A DNA stretch of 64,000 bases from Macrostomum hystrix (taxonomy: Eukaryota; Animalia; Platyhelminthes), in assembly GCA_950097015.1 (NCBI GenBank), contig CATNEN010000024.1, positions 992,001 through 1,056,000 on the forward strand. Direction: 5' to 3'. Of this stretch, positions 24,666 through 36,893 are shown one piece after another; the stretch's first letter is position 1; the number at the start of each line of letters is the position of its first letter. The notes under the pieces were generated by a model. That model saw only the letters and a list, made by a program, of their open reading frames with translations. It had not been told where the DNA came from and ran no database searches. The position numbers and the translations under genes were made by a program.

Positions 24666-27600
24666 CCGGACCAGTCCAAATCACAGCAGCCAGTGAGGCG
24701 GCTGCAGCCTCAGCCAAAGCCTTCTCGTCAGACGCAGTCGGCACCAAAGCGCGCCTCAGCGAGCACCGGTTTGACAGCGTCAGCGCCTCCACACCCGGCC
24801 GCAGCAGCGCCACCAACTTGCGGTCGTCAGTCGCCAACGCCGCGCGGCGAGGACGATCTCGGCGCCCGGCTGGCTCTGATGCAGCCCTCAAAGGAACTGC
24901 TTGATTATTACAGGCGCAAGGTCCAGGATCTGGATGCTGATCATCAGCAGCTTGAGAGCCGACTGCAGGAATTCAGCACCGCCTGCGCCGATCAGCACCG
25001 ACTGCAGTGGGAGCTCCGTCAGCGCGAGGACGAGATAGCTGAATTGCAGAAGGCGCTGTCCGATCTGCAGGTCTACCTTTTCCAGGTGAATTATGTGAAT
25101 TCCATGTGAAGCTCAGTAGAACACCGGTTGTGAAGGTAGCAGAAGCTCAGTAGAACACCGGTTGTGAAGGTGGCAGAAGCTCAGTAGAACACCGGTTGTG
25201 AAGGTTGCAGCAGCTCAGTAGAACACCGGTTGTGAAGGTTGCAGAAGCTCAGTAGAACACCGGTTGTGACCCGTATAAAACGGAATGGTCACAAAAAAGG
25301 GGCTGTGACCGTTGTTGTGACTGTCATGGTCACATGTTACCGTTAGTGACCACGTTTTGTGACCGCCATGGTCTCATGTTACCACTTGGTGTCCATAAAA
25401 TGTGACCATTTGTCCGGGTCACCATGTGACCGTTCATTGTGACCGTATTTTGTGACCGTTATGTTCAGGGTCACCATGTGACCGTTCATTGTGACCGTAT
25501 TTTGTGACCGTTATGTTCAGGGTCACCATGTGACCGTTCACTGTGACCGTATTTTGTGACCGTCATGTTCAGGGTCACCATGTGACCGTTCACTGTGACC
25601 GTATTTTGTGACCGTTATGTTCAGGGTCACCATGTGACCGTTCACTGTGACCGTATTTTGTGACCGTTATGTTCAGGGTCACCATGTGACCGTTCACTGT
25701 GACCGTATTTTGTGACCGTTATGTTCAGGGTCACCATGTGACCGTTCACTGTGACCGTATTTTGTGACCGTTATGTTCAGGGTCACCATGTGACCGTTCA
25801 CTGTGACCGTATTTTGTGACCGTTATGTTCAGGGTCACCATGTGACCGTTCACTGTGACCATATTTTGTGACCGTTATGTTCAGGGTCACCATGTGACCG
25901 TTCACTGTGACCGTATTTTGTGACCGTTATGTTCAGGGTCACCATGTGACCGTTCACTGTGACCGTATTTTGTGACCGTTATGTTCAGGGTCACCATGTG
26001 ACCGTTCACTGTGACCATATTTTGTGACCGTTATGTTCAGGGTCACCATGTGACCGTTCACTGTGACCGTATTTTGTGACCGTCATGTTCAGGGTCACCA
26101 TGTGACCGTTCACTGTGACCGTATTTTGTGACCGTCATGTTCAGGGTCACCATGTGACCGTTCACTGTGACCGTATTTTGTGACCGTCATGTTCAGGGTC
26201 ACCATGTGACCGTTCACTGTGACCGTATTTTGTGACCGTCATGTTCAGGGTCACCATGTGACCGTTCACTGTGACCGTATTTTGTGACCGTCATGTTCAG
26301 GGTCACCATGTGACCGTTCACTGTGACCGTATTTTGTGACCGTCATGTTCAGGGTCACCATGTGACCGTTCACTGTGACCGTATTTTGTGACCGTCATGT
26401 TCAGGGTCACCATGTGACCGTTCACTGTGACCGTATTTTGTGACCGTCATGTTCAGGGTCACCATGTGACCGTTCACCGTAGGCAAGGCCTACCGCGTGC
26501 GTGTATGCAAAGGGCCATACCGCAAAAAGGCGGCTGCAGAGGCTGGTGCCAGTGCCTGTCAAGCGGTGCAGAGGCCGGCAGGTATCAACCTTCCTAACAG
26601 CTGCACCACCTGCCAGGCGCTCCGGCAGGAGGTTTTGAACCTCCGGACAGCAGCAGAGTTAGCGCAGCAGACTGCCGACGGCTACAGAGAAAGCCAGGGA
26701 CGGCAGATCGAAGAATTAAACCACCGGCTTGACGATGCTGAATATGAGCAGACTGCGTATAAGGAAAAATGGGAAGCCGCCGTCATCAGAATCCGTGAGC
26801 TGCAGTGTGAGCTGGAGCATGCCCAGAGCGGGGTCGAACATTCGAGGTCGGAAGAAGGCGGTGCTGTTGCTAAGTACACCGTGGTGCTGCAGGACGCCGT
26901 GTTTTCTGCCATTGAGATTTTTTTCTTGTTACTATTTTCTGGTGCTACTGCCAGTCACACAACGGACACACAGAATGGTCACACAAAATATGGTCACAGT
27001 GAACGGTCACATGGTGACCCTGAACATAACGGTCACAAAATATGGTCACAGTGAACGGTCACATGGTGACCCTGAACATAACGGTCACAAAATATGGTCA
27101 CAGTGAACGGTAACTTGGTGACCCTATCTTCATGAACATGAACGGTCACATTAAACGGTCACCAGCGTTACGGACCACGGTCACAAGTGGAACGGTCACA
27201 GCCCTTTTTTGTGACCATTTCGTTTTATACGGGTGAAGGTTGCAGCAGTTCAGAGTAGAACACCGGTTGTGAAGGTGGCAGAAGCTCAGTAGAACACCGG
27301 TTGTGAAGGTGGCAGAAGCTCAGTAGAACACCGGTTGTGAAGGTGGCAGAAGCTCAGTAGAACACCGGTTGTGAAGGTTGCAGCAGCTCAGTAGAACACC
27401 GGTTGTGAAGGTGGCAGCAGTTCAGAGTAGAACACCGGTTGTGAAGGTTGCAGAAGCTCAGTAGAACACCGGTTGTGATGGCGGCAGCAGTTCAGTAGAT
27501 TTAGTGCTCAACATTGTGAGTCGCTTAACTAAATGCCCACTTCCCACGCGCATCCAGGAGCGAGACCAGGTGCTCCGACTGTACGCCGAAAACGATCGCC

Positions 27601-29866
27601 TAAAGATCAAAGAGCTGCAGGATCGCAAGAAGATGGCCCACCTGCTACAAATCTCTGGCGTCAGCGACAGCGAGGTCACCTATTTCCTTAAGGAGCCGCC
27701 GGATGTGGCTGTGGTGCCCCAGAAACTGCCAGGTCAGCAGTTGCCAGCAACAGCAGGTGGCGGTGCCAATAATCCGCAGCTGTTGCGCGCGGCCCAGGCC
27801 CTGCCAGAGGCATTGCGCAAAACTGTCCCAGCGTTGGAGCACGAAGCTGTGCTGCGAGACTGCGACTCGCTGAGGCTGCAGCTGCACTCTCTGCGTAGCC
27901 AGTTAGAGGAGCAAGCCAAGCTGGCCAAGGAGCAGGTCAGGTTCTGTGTGATGACCGATTTTTAAATCGTATCGATCGAATGACCAATTTCGATGCTATT
28001 TTTAATTTTTAATAGAATAATCGATTTAAAAAGGCTAGGCTAAATTAAATTGTAAATATTTAAAAGGTACGTTATCGATCGAAAACTGATTTGAAAGGCT
28101 ATATGGTATCGATCGAATGACCGATTTGAAAGGCTATGGTATCGATCGAATGACCGATTTGAAAGGCTGTGGTATCGATCGAATGACCGATTTGAAAGGC
28201 TGTGGTATCGATCGAATGACCGATTTGAAAGGCTGTGGTATCGATCGAATGACCGATTTGAAAGGCTGTGGTATCGATCGAAAACTGATTTGAAAGGCTA
28301 TATGGTATCGATCGAATGACCGATTTGAAAGGCTGTGGTATCGATCAAATGACCGATTTGAAAGGCTGTGGTATCGTTCGAATGACCGATTTGAAAGGCT
28401 GTGGTATCGTTCGAATGACCGATTTGAAAGGCTGTGGTATCGATCGAATGACCGATTTGCAAAGCTGTGGTATCGATCGAATGACCGATTTGCAAAGCTG
28501 TGGTATCGTTCGAATGACCGATTTGAAAGGCTGTGGTATCGATCGAATGACCGATTTGCAAAGCTGTGGTATCGATCGAATGACCGATTTGCAAAGCTGT
28601 GGTATCGTTCGAATGACCGATTTGAAAGGCTGTGGTATCGATCGAATGACCGATTTGCAAAGCTGTGGTATCGATCGAATGACGGATTCTTATTGTATTC
28701 AATAATGGTCATGCCCCATCCTCGCCATATTCAGGTGAATGCCCTGATGGAGGACCGCCGCATCAGGGCGATGGAGGCCGACTCCAGTCGGGATCGCGAT
28801 CAGGACAAGATCAAAGAGCTAACCGACAAGCTCAAGCGGGCCCAGGAGATGCTGCAGGACAGCACCAAGGACCTGCTTGAGCAGCGCAAGGCTCACAAGC
28901 AGGCCGAGAAGACCTGGATTCAGGAGAAGGCTCGACTTCTGCAAGAGATTGACACCAGGCGGCCCAGGTATCAGAATACGCCATCGGAGCGGGAGCGGCT
29001 GCGTCAGCTGGTCTCCGGTCAGGCCGAGGCCACCTGGGCCAAGGCGGAGCAGTCGGCCGTTGTTGACGAACTGCGTCAGCAGGTCAAGACGCTGGAGTAT
29101 CAGCTGCAGCAGCAGACGGAGCTGGCCGATATGTACAGGGAACAGGTGAGCCTACCTGTCTACACTTCTTCTCTACTCATATCTATTCATCTTAACTTTC
29201 CATTCTTCCACCTTCCAGCTTACCCTTCTCTGTCCCCTGTCAACCTATTCTCTCCGCTTTCCATCCCGTCACTTCTTTTATTACTCATTACATTCCAAAG
29301 TATATTATACGCCTCTATTCGCTATTTTTCATTGCCTCTGTCCCTCTACCCTCTCCCCGCTCTGCCTCTCCGCCTCTACCCCTACCCGTCTCTCCAACCC
29401 CATCTCTTACCCCCTACCCGATCCGCAGGTGGTGCAAGCCGAGGACCAGCTGTGCCGCCTGCGCGAGGAGCGCGAATCGTCCGCCGACCTGTACAAAGAC
29501 CGGGCCAGCAAGATCGCCGGCCGGCTGCAGCTGATGAATCAGCGCTACGCGGAGCTGGAACGCCGGCGCAATCTTGAAGTTGAAGGCTTCAAAACCGACA
29601 TTCAGCAGCTCAGGCAGAAGCTTCGAGGCGTTGAGCGCCAACTGTACAAACTCACCATCGGCTTGGGAGACACTGTCGCCAACGGCCCCCGTCTGCTGCG
29701 GCCTGGCGAACGACCCGCCGACGATGGCACAGGCGGCAATCCAGTCGACCTGGCTCTGCTGAAGGAGGTTCGGACCACCTCAGGACGGTCGAAACAGCTC
29801 GGCGACGAACTCAAGCAGCTCAAGGCTATGATGTACGGCTTGGAGAATGAGCTCAGGCATCTGTGA
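24666..29866 (+). CDS. CCDC77: Coiled-coil domain-containing protein 77, exons 24666-25085, 27558-27935, 28735-29145, 29429-29866; start codon not found
   Basis: PSKELLDYYRRK, QREDEIAELQKALSDLQVYLFQ|ERDQVLRLYAENDRLKIKELQD and RRNLEVEGFKTDI match the CCDC77 family; all three introns are phase-0 GT-AG. Confidence 0.92.
25107..27495. repeat. 34-bp minisatellite (GAAGCTCAGTAGAACACCGGTTGTGAAGGTGGCA) split into 25107-25269 and 27234-27495 by an insertion
   Basis: The same unit lies on both sides and the phase resumes exactly after the inserted element. Confidence 0.9.
25270..27233. mobile_element. Non-autonomous CACTA/CMC-like foldback DNA transposon (1964 bp) with ~43-bp TIRs, TGA TSD, 52-bp subterminal arrays and an internal coding fragment
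   Basis: TGA|CCCGTATAAAACGGAATGGTCAC ... GTGACCATTTCGTTTTATACGGG|TGA. About 20 copies of the 52-mer sit on the left and ~3 inverted copies on the right. Confidence 0.85.
28070..28685. repeat. 33-bp minisatellite (GGTATCGATCGAATGACCGATTTGAAAGGCTGT) in CCDC77 intron 2
   Basis: Direct tandem repetition. Confidence 0.95.
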
Positions 29867-30379
29867 TGCCGGCCAGTTTTTTTTTAGTTGAAATAAGCAG
29901 TAGTTTTGTGCACATTGAGGAAGTTATTTCTTATTGCTGGTCAATGATATTGTCAAATGCGTATTTAAGTATCTGTCTACTCGTAGTTTTATTTTAAAAG
30001 TGAATTAAAATGCAGACAACCATTCCAACTGAATTATCTTCAAACTATCCGTCCTTCATTAAACCAAATTTAACAGGACCAACACATTAACATTACATTC
30101 GTTGGCGAATTCTCGTGTGCTTAGTTTGAAAACTATTTTCTTGTAAATTTTTTTCTCCTATTTTGCCTGTACTAGAAAATTCGCTGTGCTATCATATTCC
30201 ATCGCAAGCTTAAGAATTCAACTTGCATTAAAATCTGCGAGTTATAAAAATACAATGATGCTCTGTGTACTCTAAGTAGTGTAATTGGCATATAAATTTG
30301 TAAAAAAGTAATATATATGCTACTTTTTCGTATTTTTGGTGTTTGTGTTCTCAAACAGATTTGGAGTGTGTGGATTGTG

Positions 30380-31640
30380 TTCATGGGGTGTGTTTGAGGC
30401 TGTTATTTGCGTGTGTTTCCGGCTGTATATGGGGCCTTGTTTAAGGCTGCTCATGGGGTGTGTTTCCGTCTGTTTATGGGGTATGTTTCGAATAGTTTAT
30501 TGGCGTGTTTTAGGCTGTTTATAGGGTGTGTTTCGGGCTGTTTATGGGGTGTGTTTCAGGCTGTTTATGGGGTTTGTTTCAGGCTGTTTATAGGGTGTGT
30601 TTCGAATAGTTTATTGGCGTGTTTCGGGCTGTTTATGGGGTGTGTTTCAGGCTGTTTATAGGGTGTGTTTCGGGCTGTTTATGGGGTGTGTTTCGGGCTG
30701 TTTATAGGGTGTGTTTCGGGCTGTTTATGGGGTGTGTTTCAGGCTGTTTATAGGGTGTGTTTCGAATAGTTTATTGGCGTGTTTTAGGCTGTTTATAGGG
30801 TGTGTTTCGGGCTGTTTATGGGGTGTGTTTCAGGCTGTTTATGGGGTTTGTTTCAGGCTGTTTATAGGGTGTGTTTCGAATAGTTTATTGGCGTGTTTCG
30901 GGCTGTTTATGGGGTGTGTTTCAGGCTGTTTATAGGGTGTGTTTCGGGCTGTTTATGGGGTGTGTTTCGGGCTGTTTATAGGGTGTGTTTCGTGCTGTTT
31001 ATGGGGTGTGTTTCAGGCTGTTTATAGGGTGTGTTTCGAATAGTTTATTGGCGTGTTTTAGGCTGTTTATAGGGTGTGTTTCGGGCTGTTTATGGGGTGT
31101 GTTTCAGGCTGTTTATGGGGTTTGTTTCAGGCTGTTTATAGGGTGTGTTTCGAATAGTTTATTGGCGTGTTTCGGGCTGTTTATGGGGTGTGTTTCAGGC
31201 TGTTTATAGGGTGTGTTTCGGGCTGTTTATGGGGTGTGTTTCGGGCTGTTTATAGGGTGTGTTTCGGGCTGTTTATGGGGTGTGTTTCAGGCTGTTTATA
31301 GGGTGTGTTTCGGGCTGTTTATAGGGTGTGTTTCGGGCTGTTTATGGGGTTTCTTTCAGGCTGTTTATGGGGTTTGTTTTAAGCTGTTTATATGGTGTGT
31401 TTCGGGCTGTTTATGGGGTTTGTTTCAGGCTGTTTATAGGGTGTTTTGAATAGTTTATTGGCGTGTTTTAGGCTTTTTATAGGGTGTGTTTCGAGCTGTT
31501 TATGGGGTGTGTTTCGGGCTGTTTATAGGGTGTGTTTCAGGCTGTTTATGGGGTTTGTTTCAGGCTGTTTATAGGGTGTGTTTCGGGCTGTTTATGGGGT
31601 GTGTTTCGGGCTGTTGATGGGGTTTGTTTCAAGCTGTTTA
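30380..31640. repeat. 23-bp minisatellite (GGGTGTGTTTCGGGCTGTTTATA/G) with a ~274-bp higher-order repeat
   Basis: Period 23; near-identical blocks offset by 274 bp (30711 vs 30985). Confidence 0.95.
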
Positions 31641-32337
31641 GGGAAGTTGTTCGGTCTTTTGTGGAAATTGTCTTTACCGCGTGTATTTTCGAGTTAGTCG
31701 GTTGACGGTTTTCCTGAAGCTGCTCTAGTGTTACTCTACCTATGAGTTTGTCTGCTGAGAGGTGCTCAACCAACTGCAGACGTGAATCACACAGATGAGA
31801 GAACAAGCTAATAGAACACCTATGTAATTAGGAGTTCTAACCACCCCTTCAGGAGGTTATTTGGCTCAGCCATGTCAGAGTCCTCGCTATGCAGGCATGC
31901 CCAGAACAATTGTTCGCGTGTCCCTAACTAATAATGAAGAAAATTGCCTATTCCACTGTCTGATTAAAGCGGGACAGTGTCTCTTGTTATCCCTCTTTTT
32001 ATCCTCTTCGCCCTGTTGGTCGTGATTAGCAGCGGCCCGCACTGGGTGGTGCTGTCTTGACCTCTTTCTCCAGCTGCGGCAGCTTTTTATTCAACTAATT
32101 AATATGTAGGGGCTCTGTTAGCTTGTCACGCTCGGAACTGTTGCACCTGTGCAGTGGGTAATCAACCTACTGGAGAACCCCACATTACTGTGTCCAATTA
32201 TGCGACAGTGGGTCGTAGAATTGATTACTTCATTCATGACTGACGTCTGTGCCATCAGGCTGCGTATGACCGGACGGCGTGCGGATAAGATCTCGCTCAC
32301 AGACTGACCTGTTCTACGCCTCGTTAGGGCGACACAT

Positions 32338-33143
32338 CTGTCCCCATCTGACACTGTCCCCATTTGACACTATCCCTATCTGACACTGTCCCCGTCTGAC
32401 ACTGTCACCGTCTGACACTATCCCTATCTGACACTGTCCCCGTCTGACACTGTCCCCATCTGACACTGTCCCCGTCTGACACTGTCCCCATCTGACACTG
32501 TCACTATCTGACACTGTCCCCGTCTGACACTGTCCCCATCTGACACTGTCACTATCTGACACTCCCCATCTGACACTGTCCCCATCTGACACTGTCCCCA
32601 TCTGACACTGTCCCCATCTGACACTGTCCCCATATGACACTGTCCCCATCTGACACTGTCCCCACCTGACACTGTCCCTATCTGACACTGTCCCCATCTG
32701 ACACTGTCCCCATCTGACACTGTCCCCATCTGACACTGTCCCCATCTGACACTGTCCCCATCTGACACTGTCCCCATATGACACTGTCCCCATCTGACAC
32801 TGTCCCCATCTGACACTGTCCCCACCTGACACTGTCCCTATCTGACACTGTCCCCATCTGACACTGTCCCCATCTGACACTGTCCCCACCTGACACTATG
32901 CCCATCTGACACTGTCCCCATCTGACACTGTCCCCATCTGACACTGTCCCCACCTGACACTGTCCCCATCTGACACTGTCCCCATCTGACACTGTCCCCA
33001 TCTGACACTGTCCCCACCTGACACTGTCCCCGTCTGACACTGTCCCCATCTGACACTGTCCCCGTCTGACACTGTCCCCGTCTGACACTGTCCCCATCTG
33101 ACACTGTCCCCATCTGACACTGTCCCCATCTGACACTGTCCCC
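32338..33143. repeat. 16-bp minisatellite (ATCTGACACTGTCCCC)
   Basis: Direct tandem repetition, ~50 copies. Confidence 0.97.
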
Positions 33144-33505
33144 AAAGACGCGTCCCATTAATTACTCAAGCTGCAACCTTCCTTTGCCTTGCCACTGGCG
33201 TCCATTGTACAGCCTCCATTTCTCTGTTGAAGATGCGAGGATGGCAATTGTGCAGAGAGGCACTGACTTACACAGAAAAATAATGGAAAAGTAGTTTAAC
33301 CTTTCGAGTGCGCATCTAGCCACTTAGCCACTGTATTCCGTTTTTAAGTTTCACAAAACTCGTGTCGCTACATTCTTATTCAACCGATTCACTATAGAGA
33401 CGGCCATATCAGATTTAGTTTGAAGGGTCAGACGCACAGTGAACTAATAAAATGCGCGCTCGCAAGATTCAATTGCTTGCTGGTCTGACACCAGTTTTTG
33501 TCAGA

Positions 33506-33775
33506 GACGGGAGTCAGTGGCAGAGCGGTCTAACGCGTTTGTCTCTCGCACCAAGGTGGCCCCTGAGCTCGATTCCGCGGCGAGGCCACTCTCATTTGGG
33601 GCGCAGCTGCGGAGATAAGGCTTGGGGGCTTGTCGTGCAATTTACCTCCGCAAGGGCCAACCTCTGCAAGCGAAAGTGTACACTTCCTGACAACGAGAAA
33701 GTCAGGGCAGATGTACACACCTGTGTGCGTCTGTGGTCAGGAGTCAGCTAAATGGGCAGAATTTTGTCCCCGCCA
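33506..33775 (+). mobile_element. SINE family A, near full length (tRNA-derived)
   Basis: A-box TGGCAGAGCGG (33518-33528), B-box-like GAGCTCGATTCC (33565-33576); body collinear with 45784-46075. Confidence 0.8.
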
Positions 33776-33859
33776 AAGCATGATTAAATTAAGTGCGTCG
33801 CAGCATCAACTTATTCACCGCAAAATGCTATTCCTGTGATTCCGAGTGACCGTGGGATT

Positions 33860-36110
33860 CGAAATCACCATCTATGGCTTTTGCCATAGATAAAGCACTT
33901 GGTGTGTGCCAGATTTGAGCTCACTTCAAGGTAAAATCGAAGGTCTTCCCTCAACGACATAAGAAGGCGTTGAAATTAAATGTATCCCCTTTTGCCCCGG
34001 GCGAGTGTCTATGTGACGCATGTTTTCATTTATTTCCCTAGGTGAATAAATCATTTATTTCCCGCTGCCCAGCGGGCTGATAAATTCAAGACAACAACCG
34101 TAGACAAACAAAAACTAGCAAAAAAGTGTAGCACACAAAAGCTTAAATACAACTGTAGGACACAAAATGTGTGATATAAAGTTCGTTTCGGACTTATAAT
34201 GACTAACAGAATGTGATTTTCACGTCTTTTTCACCGTCTGAGCATGAGCATGCGCTTACTAGCAGGTGGTTCGATAGAAACCTCGGTATTGACGTCGGAC
34301 ACGGTAACACGAGAGTGTTGTATGAGACTTCTTGCAGCAGAAGCCTCGGTGGCGTCTCCACTCAAAATAGCACTTTGGATCTTCTGTCGTGTTGTTGATG
34401 GCGCTATGTATTTCTCCAGAGCCTTGGTAGTAGCGTGACCAGTGATCCGAGCAATGTCTCCGCGTTCGACACCAGCCTCGTGGAATTGAGTAGCACATGC
34501 TTTTCGCAGGCTCTGATTCGAGAAACGAGCAGTGCTGTTTTGCCGAACTTCAGACACTGCGGCCTTCACAATTGTCGAGATAGTGTTCTTCCCAATAGGC
34601 TGAACACTATACCAGGCTTTTCCGTTCGATTCCGTCCAGTGCTTATTGGCGGCAAGAAACAAAGCTTTTGAACAATTCTCGGGGCGCAACGAAACGTACT
34701 TGATGTATAGGCACACAACGCATTGCTCCGGATCTGCAGCATGGAAAGCTTGGACTACTTTCGGTTGTTTCTGAATTCCTTTCAGGCCACCTTGATTCGT
34801 CTTGGTCCGCCGACACTCCTCTTAAACAAGGCACTCTTCAATCCCACTGCCATCCAAATTGATCTCGCACTGGAATTCCAAATCACGTAGCTCACTACCA
34901 CCCCGCAGACCGAAGTGCTTGCCAATTAGCCAAATTACGCTGCGAACTAGTTGCTCAGGATTGTGGGAGCCTAGCACACCAGCATTCCAGCAATCATCTT
35001 CGATAGATTTCGTCACAGGCTCTGACTTTTTTAGCCCGACTCCTTTTCCTTCCGCAGTTGATAGCTTCATAGCCGCATCCAGCGATTTTCTACTTTCAGC
35101 AAACTGAACATCCGTCCAAAGGCTCTAGTCCTTTCCGTAGACATTGCGCATTTCATACTGCAGCATAGACACGAAGTCCTTGAGAGTTCCGGCCGAGTAG
35201 CGCTCATGCTTCTTATTCCTTACCTCAAGGATGAAAAGCTTCAGCAAATAGTTCAAGTCGGACCTAGTAAATTCGTCCATAGATTTCAATACCATCAGAG
35301 AGGAGCCGCCATTCTTTGCCCAGTCTTCTTTTTTGCATTCGTGCCACTCTTTAAACGTCGATATCATCCACGCACTCTTCTTGACCGTATTTGGTGGTAC
35401 TGTTGCACTTACCAGCGCATCAGCTTCTGCATCCGACAAGATTTGATGTCGAGCACCAGACTGTCCAGACATATCTCTTGGATTATTTGTCGATAAAATC
35501 AGCACGTCTCTCAGTTGTATAAGTGTCCCGGCTAGCAGTGTTGCTGCACAAATAACTTACTTCGTCGTACAGTAATTTCTTTCTAGATTAGCCTTCAGCT
35601 TTGAGCCATAGACTAAAAACGTAATTTATACTTTTCATTTTTTGTTATTTTTTATGGTTATTTTGTACTTTAGTTCCCCTTGACTTTTTGCTAGTTTGCC
35701 TCACTTTGCATCGATGCACATAAATTAAAATTTGTTTGTGGCCTAAATGTGGGGGCTTCACCCCAGGCCCCCAGTGGGGGCTTCGCCCCCACACCCCCAG
35801 CGAGCAATCTGCCCCCTTATCCCCGCTAGCAGCCAACATACCGAACGGGGGATACATATCATATTCCCCACTCATTTAGCTGTCTAGGGCCAAAAGCACT
35901 CGGTGTCTCGATCATTGACCTCGGCTTCGCCTCGGTCAATAAAAATAAATTTGAATATGTATAGAATAATACCCCCTGATTTTGTTTCTTTGGCCTACGA
36001 ACGGCTGAGGACGCGTTTCTTAGCCAAGGCGAAGCCGAGGCCCAGAAGCGCAGTCCGAAGCCGTTCCTAGGCCATAGACAACGAGTTCAGGGGGGTATTA
36101 TAGTAATTAA
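33860..36110 (-). mobile_element. Crypton-type tyrosine-recombinase transposon (DUF3504-like); boundaries approximate
   Basis: Contains the YR reading frame and terminal hairpin/direct-repeat clusters (33870-33910, 34040-34075, 35895-35940, 35966-36100). Confidence 0.7.
34231..35472 (-). pseudogene. Crypton/DUF3504 tyrosine recombinase, one frame of ~413 codons with two in-frame stops (TAG 35125-35127, TAA 34822-34824)
   Basis: Three annotated ORFs are in the same frame. Motifs: FGLRGG (R), KTNQGGLK (K), NQSLR (HxxR with H replaced by Q), ITGH, LEKY (Tyr nucleophile). Confidence 0.88.
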
Positions 36111-36286
36111 TCATAAAGCTTGGCCCGGCTCCCGAGATTGCACTACTAAAACTGTTTACAGCAACTGTGACCATAGACTATATGTTTAATCAGCCTAGGC
36201 CGTTAAATGACTGGCTTAGGCCAGTTAAATAATAAATACATAGAATGAATAGCCAATAGGCCGGGCCAAGCTGGCGATTAAATATA

Positions 36287-36893
36287 CCTTTTTACGTTCT
36301 ATTTGATAAAAACTGCAACCAATTTGGCCACGGCTCAGCCTGACGCAGCCGCAGCAATTTTCCATAGACAGCCGCTGCTAGCAGCAACCAATTTGGTAAA
36401 AACTGCGAGCTATTTTGCCAGCTTGAAGATATCATTCTTATCATTCTTATCATCTTATCATTCTTATCATCACTCTGATGGCGAATCGTGGGCCGTACCA
36501 AAATATAAGTCAGCTGGATCGAGAGCGAATCATGAGAGCGTACAGGAATGGCGACGACTGGAGAGAGCTTGGCAGAATGATGGTCGGCTGCCATCACTGC
36601 CACTTCATTCATTCTTAATGTTATGAATTCGTGTTCTGACTTCTGACTGAGGACATATTGTTATCATTCTTTATCGTTATTGTTATGCTATCGCTCCCTA
36701 TTTCGCTATTGCTTTTGACAGGGCAGGTCAAATACAGCAGTGAGCTGCTATCTTCAAGCTGGCAAAATAGCTCGCAGTTTTTACCAAATTGGTTGCTGCT
36801 AGCGGCGGCTGTCTATGGAAAATTGCTGCGGCTGCGTCAGGCTGAGCCGTGGCCAAATTGGTTGCAGTTTTTATCAAATAGAACGTAAAAAGG
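36287..36893. mobile_element. 607-bp MITE with 145-bp TIRs, flanked by TATA on both sides
   Basis: 36287-36431 is the reverse complement of 36749-36893 with one mismatch; TATA|CCTTTTTACG ... CGTAAAAAGG|TATA. Confidence 0.9.

Noticed and set aside
25420-26478. Regular repeats suggestive of a CRISPR array (also 41872-43480 and others)
   Set aside because: Units are head-to-tail with no unique spacers, there are no cas genes, and the context is eukaryotic.
28134-28712. 11-aa repeat ORFs on both strands
   Set aside because: They derive from the 33-bp array inside CCDC77 intron 2, bounded by canonical splice sites.
31700-33290. Short minus-strand segments with exon-like splice signals around the 16-bp array
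   Set aside because: No consistent frame or recognisable protein could be assembled.
33506-33585. tRNA gene (also 45784 and 17765)
   Set aside because: A/B boxes are present but there is no acceptor stem or proper anticodon arm, and each continues into a shared repeat body: SINE heads.
34822-35127. Alternative genetic code or readthrough (TAA=Tyr, TAG=Trp) in the recombinase
   Set aside because: Neighbouring genes use TAA and TAG as normal stops; single point mutations explain both.
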